From NCBI GenBank assembly GCA_040877935.1, contig JBBDNB010000050.1, positions 1-57,032 on the forward strand: 57,032 bases of DNA, written 5' to 3'. The notes under the pieces were generated by a model, which saw nothing but the letters and a program-made list of their open reading frames with translations, did not search any database and was not told the origin of the DNA. Position numbers and translations under genes: made by a program. The stretch is from Chitinophagales bacterium. Its GTDB lineage: Bacteria > Bacteroidota > Bacteroidia > Chitinophagales > CAIOSU01. How positions within the stretch are numbered: position 1 is the stretch's first letter; each line of letters begins with the position of its first letter. This document shows, in pieces, positions 34,596 through 44,900 of this stretch.

Positions 34596-35990
34596 ATGTC
34601 GAATAGAACAATCAGATATATATCAGGAGCTGTCTTAAGTACATTGTTATTAATGATTCCTGCATTTTTTAATGGCTTTCCCCTTGTGTACTCTGATACT
34701 GGTACCTACATCATTTCTGGAATGGAAATGGCAATTCCAAAAGACAGACCTGTTATTTATGGTTTGTTTATTAAATATTTCAGTTTGAATTTCAGTTTGT
34801 GGTTTGTTTTGTTTTTTCAATCGGCTATTGCTTCTTATGTGATTTGGGAATTCAGCAAGCTTTTTTTCAAAGGCTTTAAGTTTAGGTATTATATTTTACT
34901 TGTTTTCTTACTGAGTAGTTTTACGGGATTATCCTGGTATTCCAGTCAAATTATGCCGGATATTTTCACCCTAGTTTCAATAATGCTTATTGTTTTACTG
35001 CTTTTCGAAAACAAACATAGTCAGACAAAAAATGCGGTATTCTACTTGTTTTTATTGCTTAGTGTAAGTGTACATTTTTCCAATATTCTTATTGCAGCAA
35101 TTGTACTCATCGGGTTATTTGTTATTTCTAAAAGTAGTGTTTTAAGCAAATCCTTAAATGACAGCTTACGATACAGATTGCCGATTTTGGGCTTGATCGG
35201 TTCAATTGTATTTGTTTCACTTGTGAATTTCAGTATTGGACGCACTTTTAAAATAAACCAGGGCAGTCATGTATACCTTATGGGGCGAATGCTTGACAGC
35301 GGTGTTTTGGTTTCCTTTTTACAGAAAGAATGCAATAATTATGATTATGCACTATGTCCTTATAAAGATAGAATACCAGAACACAGTCGAAAACTTTTGT
35401 GGGACCAGGACAGCCCACTGTATGATTTGGGTGGATGGGAAAATAGTCGGGCTGCGTTTAATGAAGTCTTGTTTGGTATTTTGACCAATCCCAAACATCT
35501 GAGTTTATTTGTTTTCAATTCATTTACGTCAACGATTGCTCAGTTATTTCAAAATGATATTGGATCCGGAATTAAAAGCGATTGGTACGCAACTCCTTCA
35601 AGTCCACCTTACGCTGCCATTTCCAAACATTTTAACAAAGACCTGAATCAGTATATCCAGTCAAGGCAGAATACAAATATTTGGGGGCAGGGACTTGATT
35701 TTGATTGCTTGAATATAATAAATCACCTGCTTTTGATATTCAGTGTGCTGGTTTTATTGGCAGCAACTTTTTTTGAGTCCTTAAAATCAAAAATGCCTGA
35801 TTTAACCAGGTTTTTAATTATAGCACTGGTTTTAGGAGTTTTGTCAAATGCCCTGGTTACTGCAAGCTTTGCAAATGTTTATGATCGATTGCAGGCAAGA
35901 ATCAGTTGGGTGCTGATTTATTTGGGTATAATATTATCCCTTTACTTTGTCAGGGTTTGGAGTAATGGGAATTTTAAGTTCAAAAGATAG
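34596..35990 (+). CDS. Polytopic membrane protein of unknown function
   Basis: Seen: 464 aa with many hydrophobic helices at the N-terminus and again at the C-terminus, separated by a probable extracytoplasmic loop domain. No family was recognised. Confidence 0.45.
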   Translation: MSNRTIRYISGAVLSTLLLMIPAFFNGFPLVYSDTGTYIISGMEMAIPKDRPVIYGLFIKYFSLNFSLWFVLFFQSAIASYVIWEFSKLFFKGFKFRYYILLVFLLSSFTGLSWYSSQIMPDIFTLVSIMLIVLLLFENKHSQTKNAVFYLFLLLSVSVHFSNILIAAIVLIGLFVISKSSVLSKSLNDSLRYRLPILGLIGSIVFVSLVNFSIGRTFKINQGSHVYLMGRMLDSGVLVSFLQKECNNYDYALCPYKDRIPEHSRKLLWDQDSPLYDLGGWENSRAAFNEVLFGILTNPKHLSLFVFNSFTSTIAQLFQNDIGSGIKSDWYATPSSPPYAAISKHFNKDLNQYIQSRQNTNIWGQGLDFDCLNIINHLLLIFSVLVLLAATFFESLKSKMPDLTRFLIIALVLGVLSNALVTASFANVYDRLQARISWVLIYLGIILSLYFVRVWSNGNFKFKR

Positions 35991-36121
35991 TGAGTGTGCC
36001 TTAAAATTCAAATTCTACCATTTTTTGGCAGAAAATTTATGTATTATTCTGAAACACTTGTAAATATTGATGGTTTAGAGGGGAATATTTTATCCAACTT
36101 TAAATTTTAGGTCTGTTGAGG

Positions 36122-36165
36122 TAGCCAATGTAGCCACAAGGCATGCCTTGTGGCTACATTGGCTA
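36122..36165. repeat. 44-bp perfect palindrome in a convergent intergenic region
   Basis: Seen: tagccaatgtagccacaaggcatgccttgtggctacattggcta is exactly self-complementary. There is no flanking U-tract. Confidence 0.8.
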
Positions 36166-36248
36166 TTGCGGGGTTATGGTTGACAATTCTTTTGATTTTA
36201 TCTCTTTGGTTCTGACTTGTCCAGGTTAGGGATTAGCGGGTTTTAAAT

Positions 36249-37238
36249 TTAAGTGCTCACCTTTTCTTTCTTTAATGCTGTTTCATACTCCTCAACCAGC
36301 GTTTTTACCACTTCTTCCACAGGACGGATTGCATTTACAAATTCAATTGATGGACCTGCACACCAAAGGGTTTTATAGGTAGCAGAAAAAGCCGCATTTT
36401 CCAGTGCTTTCATACCGCGATAGAAAGTGAGCATTTTCATCCACTTTTTGAGTTTTTTGTTTTTGTTGAGCAGTTTCTCCAGCCAATTTTGTTCCGTCCC
36501 GATTTCCTGCACATAAGGCGTATTGATTACTGTGCAAGGCGTGCCTGAAAGTTTTGTTGTAAGCACAATATCATCCTTGCCGTAATCCACGCAAGCTTGT
36601 TTGTATTCCTCAGATACATCAGCTTCCACGGTGGCTATAAAAGGAGAACCAATTGAAGCCCCGCAGGCTCCGAGTTCGAGTTTTTCCAATAGTTGATCGC
36701 CTTTGCCAACCCCTCCGGCTGAAATTACCGGTATGGAACAGGCGTTTACCAACTCGGGAATCAGCTCTTCGGCAGGCTTCGGCCCTGCATGTCCGCCTGC
36801 ACCACTGTTAACTGCAATCAATGCATCAGCCCCCAGTGCTTCCACTTTTTTGGCGAATTTCACATCAGTGACATCACAAAAGACTTTGATGCCTTTTTCC
36901 TTGCAGGCATTTATGGTTTTTTCAGGACTGCCCAGTGATGTAATAATGTAGTCTACACCCATTTCCACACAGGTATTGAGCTGTTCATCAAGGCGAATAT
37001 TCGATTTGTTAACTATAAGATTGATGCCAATAGGAGCATCTGTTTCGGCCCTGATTTCATCCAGTGCTGTGCGAAATTCCTTGTCGGTTCTGTAATTAAG
37101 CGCTGGAATGGCACCTGTGATACCGGCCTTTCCGGCAGCAATGCACATTTTGGCATTCGATACCAAAAACATGGGCGCCATAATAATAGGGTAGCGAATA
37201 TTCAACATTCGCGTCAGTTCCGTTTCTATTCTTTCCAT
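36249..37238 (-). CDS. Nitronate monooxygenase family protein (FabK/NMO-like FMN oxidoreductase)
   Basis: Seen: TIM-barrel NMO motifs (PIIMAPMFLVSN, GAGGHAG, SAGGVGKGDQ). Confidence 0.7.
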   Translation of the reverse strand: MERIETELTRMLNIRYPIIMAPMFLVSNAKMCIAAGKAGITGAIPALNYRTDKEFRTALDEIRAETDAPIGINLIVNKSNIRLDEQLNTCVEMGVDYIITSLGSPEKTINACKEKGIKVFCDVTDVKFAKKVEALGADALIAVNSGAGGHAGPKPAEELIPELVNACSIPVISAGGVGKGDQLLEKLELGACGASIGSPFIATVEADVSEEYKQACVDYGKDDIVLTTKLSGTPCTVINTPYVQEIGTEQNWLEKLLNKNKKLKKWMKMLTFYRGMKALENAAFSATYKTLWCAGPSIEFVNAIRPVEEVVKTLVEEYETALKKEKVST

Positions 37239-37272
37239 TATGATTTTTTTGTAAAAATAGCAAAAGCAGTCA

Positions 37273-38478
37273 TCATTCCTTTGGATTCAATTTGTTGTGG
37301 TATAAAAGAAAGCTGCTTCTCAATATAATTGTAAGTAAAACTGGAATTACAGCCGGGTGGAAGTTTTGAGGTAAAATCAAATCATCAGCAAGCGAAATCA
37401 GGCATAGGAAAATGGTTAGCATCAAATAAAGGCTGATAAATTTCCCTTGCTTTTTACGCAGTAAAACAAAAGCAAAGACCAGGTGTGTGGGTAAATTCCA
37501 GAGTAAATTGAAATTTTCGGTGGCTGTATGGTCGGTGAAAAAACTTATAAAAAACAGCACTGAGCCATTGAGTCCCAAAATTAAAAAGAACAGAAAATCA
37601 ATGCCTTTGAACGCATTTCGGGTTTTAAAACCCCAGAGTGTCAGCAATGCAAGCAGTCCGAAAAAGAGCCAGAAAACAGTAATGGGTCCCGGGCTGATAT
37701 TTTCCTTCATATAATCCACATCTGATTGATAATGTATGAGCGTCTTTTGAACCAGGGGTTTTTTCTTCCCATTTGCCATGATTGTAGCTGAAGCAAAAGC
37801 ATCCATCAGGTATTCCGGCAAATAAAGGTATTCATGAAAAGTAGCTTTCTCGTCAATTTCAGCGCCCAAAGCGATGTCAATTCCGAAATTGCCCCAGGAA
37901 TTGTGAATAATGTATTCATCTACCAGCTGACGAATGCTTTTTCCGGCTTTGAATTTTTCTCCTTTGTAACTGTACTCAATTGTATGTCCGCTGGCCAATT
38001 CAATAATATCGCGCGGAATAGTGGAGCAGTTGTGAAAAAAGTAGTTGTAGAGATAATAGCGATTTTCAGGCAGCCGGTTGCGTTCTAATGTATCGAAAAG
38101 CGCCTGTTTTTGTTCCTGATCGAAATTTAAAACCTGCTCATATACCGAACGTTTGTGGTATTCGTAGGAATAAACAAAACGATCAAAATCGTTGACTCCC
38201 AAGCGATACCAAAGATGTCCCATTGCAAAATTGGCGTAGAAATTTGCTTGGTTGAAGCTGAATATACCGTAGTTGTATGCATTGTTGATGCCATTCTCAG
38301 GATCATAAACCCTGATGGCTGTATGGCCAAATGCCTCATATAGATCGGGACCCTGCCCACAGGTGATAAGACTTACACGTGCTTTCCCAGATAGTTTTTG
38401 TGCGGCATTTGCATTTATTCCAGTAAAGATAAGCAGGCATGAAACAATCAGGGCCAACAATAAAGGTCTTAAATACAT
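37273..38478 (-). CDS. DUF4105-like protein: periplasmic domain plus C-terminal multi-TM region (Lnb-like lipoprotein N-acyltransferase candidate)
   Basis: Seen: signal peptide, then a soluble domain (GHTAIRVYDPENG ... YNYGIFSF), then 4-5 C-terminal TM helices. The start was moved to the Met preceding the signal peptide (MYLRPLLLALIV). Family and function are recalled and tentative. Confidence 0.4.
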   Translation of the reverse strand: MYLRPLLLALIVSCLLIFTGINANAAQKLSGKARVSLITCGQGPDLYEAFGHTAIRVYDPENGINNAYNYGIFSFNQANFYANFAMGHLWYRLGVNDFDRFVYSYEYHKRSVYEQVLNFDQEQKQALFDTLERNRLPENRYYLYNYFFHNCSTIPRDIIELASGHTIEYSYKGEKFKAGKSIRQLVDEYIIHNSWGNFGIDIALGAEIDEKATFHEYLYLPEYLMDAFASATIMANGKKKPLVQKTLIHYQSDVDYMKENISPGPITVFWLFFGLLALLTLWGFKTRNAFKGIDFLFFLILGLNGSVLFFISFFTDHTATENFNLLWNLPTHLVFAFVLLRKKQGKFISLYLMLTIFLCLISLADDLILPQNFHPAVIPVLLTIILRSSFLLYHNKLNPKE

Positions 38479-38551
38479 GAGGTGAAAATAAAAAGTATTT
38501 GCAAAGGTATTGCTGCTATTAATCCACATTTATACAATTCATTAGCCCTGC

Positions 38552-39028
38552 TTAGCGCAGCATTTCAAGCCAGTAGTGCAATCCCAAACTGACTCCAATT
38601 CCGAGCATTGCGCCCACAAAGACTTCTATGGGAGTATGGCCCAAAAATTCCTTGAGCCGTTCGGGCTGTAGTCCTTTGTGTTCAGTAAAAATCTCGATCA
38701 TCATTTTGTTGAGCACTTTGGCTTGTTTACTGGCCGATCTGCGCAATCCGGCAGCATCTACCATTACCACCGAAGCGAAGCAAGCCGCAATTGCAAAAAA
38801 GGTAGAATCAAATCCTTCAACCAACCCTACACTAGAGGCCATAGCTGTCACGGTAGCGCTGTGGCTCGATGGCATTCCTCCTGTGGCAAAAAGCAATTTG
38901 AGATTGAATTTCCTTTTGCTGAAGGCTACCCTTATGGTCTTGAATATCTGGGCGAGTTGATTGGCCGCGAGCAATGCTACAATTACTTCAAAGCCATTGC
39001 CATCTATTTTTCTGAGAAATTCCTGCAT
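38552..39028 (-). CDS. Divergent PAP2-family membrane protein (DUF212-like)
   Basis: Seen: GGMPSSHSATVTAMA motif in 158 aa. Confidence 0.55.
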   Translation of the reverse strand: MQEFLRKIDGNGFEVIVALLAANQLAQIFKTIRVAFSKRKFNLKLLFATGGMPSSHSATVTAMASSVGLVEGFDSTFFAIAACFASVVMVDAAGLRRSASKQAKVLNKMMIEIFTEHKGLQPERLKEFLGHTPIEVFVGAMLGIGVSLGLHYWLEMLR

Positions 39029-39075
39029 ACGGAATTAAAATAAAAATTAATTTCTGAAGCAAGATACTTTTGATG

Positions 39076-40182
39076 TTATTTTTTTGTGATTATTTGCTCG
39101 AAGCAATTGTCATAATTTTCTATAATCTCGTTCCAATCGTATTTTTTGACAAATTTTTGGGTGTTCTGGTTTCGCAGCACATTCACATCCATGATCATGC
39201 GCTGTAGTTTATTTACAAATTGTCCTTCTTCATAAAACAAACTTTTGTGCATGATTTCGGGAAAATGTTCGGGATAGGCCAATCGCTTTGGCAAAAGGGG
39301 AATGCAATTGCAATAGGCCGCCTCTATCACACTTCCGCCAAAAAAATCCTGATTGGAAGTGACCGGTAAAATATCCGCTTTCCACAGCAGGTTTTTATAG
39401 GTTTCAAAGTCTTTGGCATATCCCCAGTGGATGATCTCATTATTGAGTTGTTTTTTTGCACGATCAAAAATTTCAGGGTATTTTCCCCTTGCCTCACCCA
39501 ATACGATCAACTGAAACTCAATGCCCCGATCCTGCAATTCAAACAGTGCCTTGAAAAAATCATCTGGATTTTTGTCGTATTCCCAGCGGTGGTTCCACAA
39601 CAGAATGGCGCGTTCTTTTTTCTCCTTTTTGGGAACATGATCAATATCCAGGGATTTCAAATCCATACCGAGATGAAGCACTTTAGATTTTTGTGCGATG
39701 GTATCTATAGTATTGAGATTTTGGTGATCGGGAAATTTTTCAAGAAATCCAGGGAGTGCATCTAAAAAACCTTCTTTGTGAAACCGTGAATTGAAGAAAA
39801 CTTTGTCAGCCGCCAAAGCCGAGGCATAATTGATAAAGGAAAAATTATTGTTGAAATTTCGCATCTTATCCCTTTCCGATAAAGGGTAAGTCAGTTGATT
39901 TTCGTGAAAATAAAGGGCTACGGGTATTGTATTAATTTCTTTTCTGCAAAGTGATAGAAATACATTGAGATCAAGCATATCTGACGCTAAAATAAGATCG
40001 CTCTGTATCCTTGAGTTTATAAATTCATTAGCCAGGGTAACAGCTCCGCCATACATGCGCCATTTCCAGAATTTTCCGGGAAGTCCCAGGATTTCAATTT
40101 TATGTTTGGAATGCTTTTGAAATCCTTCGGCCCATTTCTTGTGCGATTGTCCCATGAATGGGTCTATTATTGTGATATTCAT
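39076..40182 (-). CDS. Glycosyltransferase-like protein with an N-terminal DUF3524-like domain (GT4-like)
   Basis: Recalled resemblance to the DUF3524 + glycosyl-transferase-1 architecture. Weak. Confidence 0.4.
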   Translation of the reverse strand: MNITIIDPFMGQSHKKWAEGFQKHSKHKIEILGLPGKFWKWRMYGGAVTLANEFINSRIQSDLILASDMLDLNVFLSLCRKEINTIPVALYFHENQLTYPLSERDKMRNFNNNFSFINYASALAADKVFFNSRFHKEGFLDALPGFLEKFPDHQNLNTIDTIAQKSKVLHLGMDLKSLDIDHVPKKEKKERAILLWNHRWEYDKNPDDFFKALFELQDRGIEFQLIVLGEARGKYPEIFDRAKKQLNNEIIHWGYAKDFETYKNLLWKADILPVTSNQDFFGGSVIEAAYCNCIPLLPKRLAYPEHFPEIMHKSLFYEEGQFVNKLQRMIMDVNVLRNQNTQKFVKKYDWNEIIENYDNCFEQIITKK

Positions 40183-40295
40183 TTTTCAGCTTTTGCATCA
40201 ATTTAGTAATTCGCCTGCTGCTAATTCAAAAATAGTAAACTACCTTTGCAGCAATATTCAAATAACAGCTGTCATTTGCAGCTAAAATTAATTAT

Positions 40296-41393
40296 ATGGC
40301 TTTACAATGTGGAATAGTAGGCTTGCCCAATGTAGGAAAATCTACTCTTTTCAATGCACTTTCAAATGCAAAGGCACAGTCTGCAAATTTCCCCTTTTGC
40401 ACCATCGAGCCAAATATTGGAACCATCACCGTGCCCGACCACAGATTGGTAGAGCTGGAAAAATTGGTAAAGCCACAGCAGGTTGTTCCCACAACTATTG
40501 AAATAGTGGATATTGCTGGTCTGGTAAAAGGTGCGAGCAAAGGAGAAGGTTTGGGCAATCAGTTTTTGTCAAACATCCGGAATACCGATGCCATTATTCA
40601 TGTATTGCGCTGCTTTGAAGATGACAATGTAACACATGTTGACGGAGCTGTTGATCCTATCCGGGACAAGGAAACAATTGATCTGGAACTTATTTTTAAA
40701 GATTTAGACAGCATTGACAAGCGCATTGACAAGTACAAAAAAATGTCTAAAACAGGAGATAAAGATGCCCTGAAAGCAAGCAATTTCCTGATCGATTTGA
40801 AAGCACATTTAGAAGACGGCAATCCTGCAAGAAGTTTGGAAATGAGCAAAGATGAATTTGCCCTGATAGCCGATCTCAATTTACTGACAATGAAACCGGT
40901 ACTCTATGTTTGCAATGTAGATGAAAATTCGGTTGTAAGTGGCAATGAACACACCAAAAGGGTGGAAGAAGCTGTAAAAGAGGAAAATGCTGAAATTTTG
41001 CTGATCTCTGCAGCTATGGAAGCTGATATTGCTTCATTGGACAGTTTTGAAGACAGGCAAATGTTTCTGGAGGAAATGGGACTTCAGGAACCCGGGGTAC
41101 ACCGTTTGATTCAAAGTTCCTATAAGTTATTAAACCTGATCACTTATTTCACAGCCGGAGAAAAGGAGTTGCGCGCCTGGACCATTAAAAGAGGATTTAC
41201 AGCGCCACAGGCAGCCGGAGTGATTCACACAGATTTTGAAAAAGGATTTATCCGGGCAGAAGTAATAAAATATGATGATTATATTGAAATGGGATCGGAA
41301 ACTGCTGTAAAAGAAGCCGGAAAGATGAATGTTGAGGGAAAAGAATATGTTGTTCAGGATGGCAATATTATGCACTTCCGCCATAATGTTTAA
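40296..41393 (+). CDS. ychF: Redox-regulated ribosome-binding ATPase YchF
   Basis: Seen: GIVGLPNVGKSTLFNAL P-loop, G4 region, and a C-terminal TGS domain (HTDFEKGFIRAEV). Confidence 0.9.
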   Translation: MALQCGIVGLPNVGKSTLFNALSNAKAQSANFPFCTIEPNIGTITVPDHRLVELEKLVKPQQVVPTTIEIVDIAGLVKGASKGEGLGNQFLSNIRNTDAIIHVLRCFEDDNVTHVDGAVDPIRDKETIDLELIFKDLDSIDKRIDKYKKMSKTGDKDALKASNFLIDLKAHLEDGNPARSLEMSKDEFALIADLNLLTMKPVLYVCNVDENSVVSGNEHTKRVEEAVKEENAEILLISAAMEADIASLDSFEDRQMFLEEMGLQEPGVHRLIQSSYKLLNLITYFTAGEKELRAWTIKRGFTAPQAAGVIHTDFEKGFIRAEVIKYDDYIEMGSETAVKEAGKMNVEGKEYVVQDGNIMHFRHNV

Positions 41394-41525
41394 GCAATTG
41401 ATTTAAAAATTAAAAGCTTCTGAATAACTGATTTTCAATAGCTTGTGTTTTTTATATAGATGCATACCGTTGTGAAATTTTCTTTTTTCAGTGCTTGAAT
41501 CCTGCATTTTAATTTCCTATTTTGA

Positions 41526-42587
41526 GTGAATCAAAGGATTTTTTTAGGTTTAAAATTCCTCCCTATGGCTCAACTTCTACTCGTAACTCAAAGTGGTATT
41601 TACTGTCCTCAAGGTGATTTTTATATTGATCCCTGGATTCCTGTAGAATATGCAATAATTACCCATGCACATCCCGATCATGCAAGGATAGGACACAGAA
41701 ACTACCTGGTGCATAAAGACTCAGTGGGTATGCTGCAACATCAGATAGGCCCCTATTTACAATGCCATACTGTTGATTATGGTGAATGCATTGTTCGCAA
41801 TGGGGTTAAAATTACATTGCATCCTGCCGGACATATTCCCGGCTCTGCACAGGTAAGGCTCGAATATAAAGGAGAAGTTTGGGTTTTTACCAGTGATTTT
41901 AAACTCAGTTCTGATGGCATTTCTACTGATTATGAAAGTATAAAATGCCATGTATTGGTTAGTGAGGGAACATTTGGCCTGCCTTTGTTCAAATGGGAAT
42001 CACAGGAAATTATTTTCGACCAGATCAATCAGTGGTGGAGCAAAAATAAAGCGCAGAAAAAACAAAGTGTGCTCGTTTGCAATGCTATTGGAAAGGCACA
42101 GCGAATATTGAGAAATATCGACCCGAATATTGGGTCACTTTATGCGCATCGCAGTATTTACAATATAAACCGGGTATTGAATAGACAAGGCATTCTGGTT
42201 CCGGACACAAAAAGACTGGAACTTTCCGATAATGAGAACTGTGAAGGCGCACTGCATATAATTCCTCAAAATGTATTGAATACACCCTGGATCAAAAGTA
42301 TTCCCAATTATTCTCTTGGCATTGTGTCTGCATGGATGACACTAAAAGAACAGCGCAAGAAAAGACTGTTCGACAATCATTTTATTTTATCCGACCATGC
42401 CGATTGGAATCAGTTGAAAAAAGCAATAATCAATTCGGAAGCAGAAAAGGTTTACCTAACGCACGGTTATTCTTCATCGCTATACCGTTGGTTGAGAGAA
42501 GAAGGAGTAGATGTGCATGAATTTCAAACCAAATTTAAAGGGGAAATGGATGAACTCAATGGGAAATATGATTTGATCTCCGCATAA
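41526..42587 (+). CDS. MBL-fold metallo-hydrolase, beta-CASP-like
   Basis: Seen: HAHPDHA motif, a later DHAD motif, and a terminal H (LTHGY). Confidence 0.55.
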   Translation: MNQRIFLGLKFLPMAQLLLVTQSGIYCPQGDFYIDPWIPVEYAIITHAHPDHARIGHRNYLVHKDSVGMLQHQIGPYLQCHTVDYGECIVRNGVKITLHPAGHIPGSAQVRLEYKGEVWVFTSDFKLSSDGISTDYESIKCHVLVSEGTFGLPLFKWESQEIIFDQINQWWSKNKAQKKQSVLVCNAIGKAQRILRNIDPNIGSLYAHRSIYNINRVLNRQGILVPDTKRLELSDNENCEGALHIIPQNVLNTPWIKSIPNYSLGIVSAWMTLKEQRKKRLFDNHFILSDHADWNQLKKAIINSEAEKVYLTHGYSSSLYRWLREEGVDVHEFQTKFKGEMDELNGKYDLISA

Positions 42588-42608
42588 GAAAATAGATGCC
42601 TTCCTCCT

Positions 42609-42977
42609 TTATTTTTTGTTCTTGGCTTTTTCAGCTGCACTGATCTTATCTGCCAGTGATTCACAAAATTTTCTCATTTCTGGCATTACAATTTCGCTTT
42701 TAGTTGCCCTTTGGTATGTATCGGCAATTGTCAGCAATGTTTGAAAGAAATGTGCATCCATTTCATCGAGTCGCATATCATTTGTCCAAAGGTCAATGTG
42801 CATCGCATTTTTATCTTCATGATCCCACATCGAAAGCATGATGGATTTGGTTTCTTTGTAATCCTTTCCCGAATCGCTGGCTTTCCATTCTATTTTTTCG
42901 GGAATTTGCTTGTCGTCCAGGCTTATTTTAAAATTGATCTCTGAAGTTTTGCCCATAAGTTTTTTGATTTTTGGCAA
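42609..42977 (-). CDS. gldC: Gliding motility protein GldC
   Basis: Recalled family pattern (IEWKASDSG ... IMLSMWDHEDKNAMHIDLWTNDM). Confidence 0.6.
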   Translation of the reverse strand: MPKIKKLMGKTSEINFKISLDDKQIPEKIEWKASDSGKDYKETKSIMLSMWDHEDKNAMHIDLWTNDMRLDEMDAHFFQTLLTIADTYQRATKSEIVMPEMRKFCESLADKISAAEKAKNKK

Positions 42978-43045
42978 AGTTAGTTCAATTCTTTGGATTA
43001 GGCTGAGGGGGGGAGGGCAGAATCTGTCAGGGATTTAGGAAAAGC

Positions 43046-43546
43046 TTAGTTTTCAGCAATCAGTTCTTTAATCATTTCAATATTTTTTGGAGCATTCCAC
43101 TCTATGCTGCCAATTTTTTTAAAAATCACTTCACCTTTGGAATTGAAAATATAAGTAGTTGGAATCGTTCTGATGCCGAGTTTTTCCCGCTTTTCCTGCA
43201 TTTGCAGGTAGGTATAAGAATAGGGAAATCGCTGTTTAAATTTTTGCAGCAAAGGGAGGTTTTCATCAGAGACAATAAGGAATTCGATATTTTCTCCCTC
43301 CAACGCTTTTTTTGCATTTTCAATACTGGGCAGTTCCGCTATGCAAGGGCCGCACCAAGTTGCCATTACATTCAAAAAAACTGTTTTTCCTTCTAATTCG
43401 GTTTTAGAAAAAGTACTGCCGTCCAGGTTTTTAAAAGTCAATTCCTCTAAAGTGATGCCAGGAGCCACACGGTACATATTATAATAGACCAAAAAGGCAA
43501 AAATTAACAGCAGCGGAATCAACCATTTTTTAAAAGATAGAACCAT
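43046..43546 (-). CDS. Thioredoxin-like thiol-disulfide oxidoreductase (TlpA/redoxin family), membrane-anchored
   Basis: Seen: WCGPC active site and an N-terminal TM anchor. Confidence 0.7.
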   Translation of the reverse strand: MVLSFKKWLIPLLLIFAFLVYYNMYRVAPGITLEELTFKNLDGSTFSKTELEGKTVFLNVMATWCGPCIAELPSIENAKKALEGENIEFLIVSDENLPLLQKFKQRFPYSYTYLQMQEKREKLGIRTIPTTYIFNSKGEVIFKKIGSIEWNAPKNIEMIKELIAEN

Positions 43547-43592
43547 TTTTTTGTTTTGTCGTATTGTAATGTTAACTTAATGTTAATAAACT

Positions 43593-44000
43593 ATGAAGAC
43601 ACTATTATCCATATTGTTTTTTAGCCTGATTTTTCTTACAGCAATATCCCTTCATGCAAAGGATATTTACACTGTGTATAATGAAAAAGGAAATAAGGTA
43701 AAAGAAGTTGTGCAAATAGACGAAAAAAATCACAAAGTGGTAAAATACCATGAAAATGGCGCTATAGAAGAACAGGGCTATTATAAAAACGGTGAAAAAA
43801 ATGCCTGTTGGTTGCGTTACGATGAAAAGGGAAATTGTATCTCAAGAGTATATTTTGACAAGGGTGTGCGAACAGGTGTTTGGAATATTCAGGCATATAA
43901 TGGTACGTATTCTTATCAAATTGCCTATGAAGATGACAAGGCAATACAGATCAAAAAAATAGCTGTTTCCGGTAAAGTTCTTGAAGAGATTGAGCCATAG
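43593..44000 (+). CDS. Secreted MORN-variant repeat protein (YwqK-like)
   Basis: Seen: a signal peptide and repeated Y-x-x-G-x-x-x-G-x-Y units (YHENGAIEEQGYYKNGEKNACW). Confidence 0.45.
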   Translation: MKTLLSILFFSLIFLTAISLHAKDIYTVYNEKGNKVKEVVQIDEKNHKVVKYHENGAIEEQGYYKNGEKNACWLRYDEKGNCISRVYFDKGVRTGVWNIQAYNGTYSYQIAYEDDKAIQIKKIAVSGKVLEEIEP

Positions 44001-44015
44001 AAATTTTATTTAGAA

Positions 44016-44486
44016 TTAATTTCCCCTTTCCAACTGCTCCAAATAAGCTTTGCTTTTGCTGATTTGCGCCTTAAAATCATTGGCAATTTCTTCAATTTTC
44101 TCTTTCTCCTGTTCTAAATATTGCATGGCTTCTTGCTCAGTTTTTTCCTTTGGTTCTCTATAGTTTTTCATCCATTTCATCATTGAAGCAGCAGTGGCGT
44201 CCAGGCTGAGTTTTTTCATTTTTAATTCTTCAATTACTTCAGTAGGAACATTATCCAAACTCGATAAGCTGTCGGTCTTTCTTTTAATTTTTTCCTGCAA
44301 GCTTGAAATTTCCTGCATACGTGGCATCACTTCATCGTGAATACGAATAACTTCCTTGTGCATATAATCCACCTGGCTGGGGCTTTTCTTTTGTTTGTCA
44401 TTTTTCTTTTCTACCGAATTGCATGCAGCAAAAATCAGTAATAAAGCTAAAATGATCAGTGCAAAATATTTTTTATTGTAAAACAT
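44016..44486 (-). CDS. Hypothetical coiled-coil lipoprotein
   Basis: Seen: a lipoprotein-type signal sequence (LLIFAACNS); the rest is charged and helical. Confidence 0.4.
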   Translation of the reverse strand: MFYNKKYFALIILALLLIFAACNSVEKKNDKQKKSPSQVDYMHKEVIRIHDEVMPRMQEISSLQEKIKRKTDSLSSLDNVPTEVIEELKMKKLSLDATAASMMKWMKNYREPKEKTEQEAMQYLEQEKEKIEEIANDFKAQISKSKAYLEQLERGN

Positions 44487-44900
44487 GCTTTTTTATTTTT
44501 GTTACTATTGAAAGGTTAAAGATACCAAGTCTTTTAGAATTGTTCTAAACTGCAATCTTTTGGAACCAAAGCAAGGTGAAATTAATTGAAAGATTGTCAT
44601 TTATAGCAGAATGCTCTATGGATTAAATAGAGTTTTATTATTATTGCAATGGAAAAACGAACCCCAATGTCTGAAACACAAATTTCTTCTGAAAAAGTAT
44701 CAACTGAAAAATCAAGTCAGGAAGTTGATATTCCCAAATTGATCAAAACTAAATTTTCTAAGAAAAATCCTTGTCCAGAGTTTGTTGAAAATCTGAGAAA
44801 CCAGGTGATCAATAGCGAGGTGGAGAATTAAAGCAAAAGTTTTTTTCAGTCCTTTGTCCTGGTTAGGTTTATCAGGTTGCATGATTTATTTATGCTGTTC

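Noticed and set aside
41394-41525. Terminator after ychF
   Set aside because: No convincing hairpin plus U-tract.
44649-44831. 60-aa plus-strand ORF (MEKRTPMSETQISSEK ...)
   Set aside because: Possible small protein, but there is no supporting motif and it sits in an AT-rich spacer. It is left unannotated.
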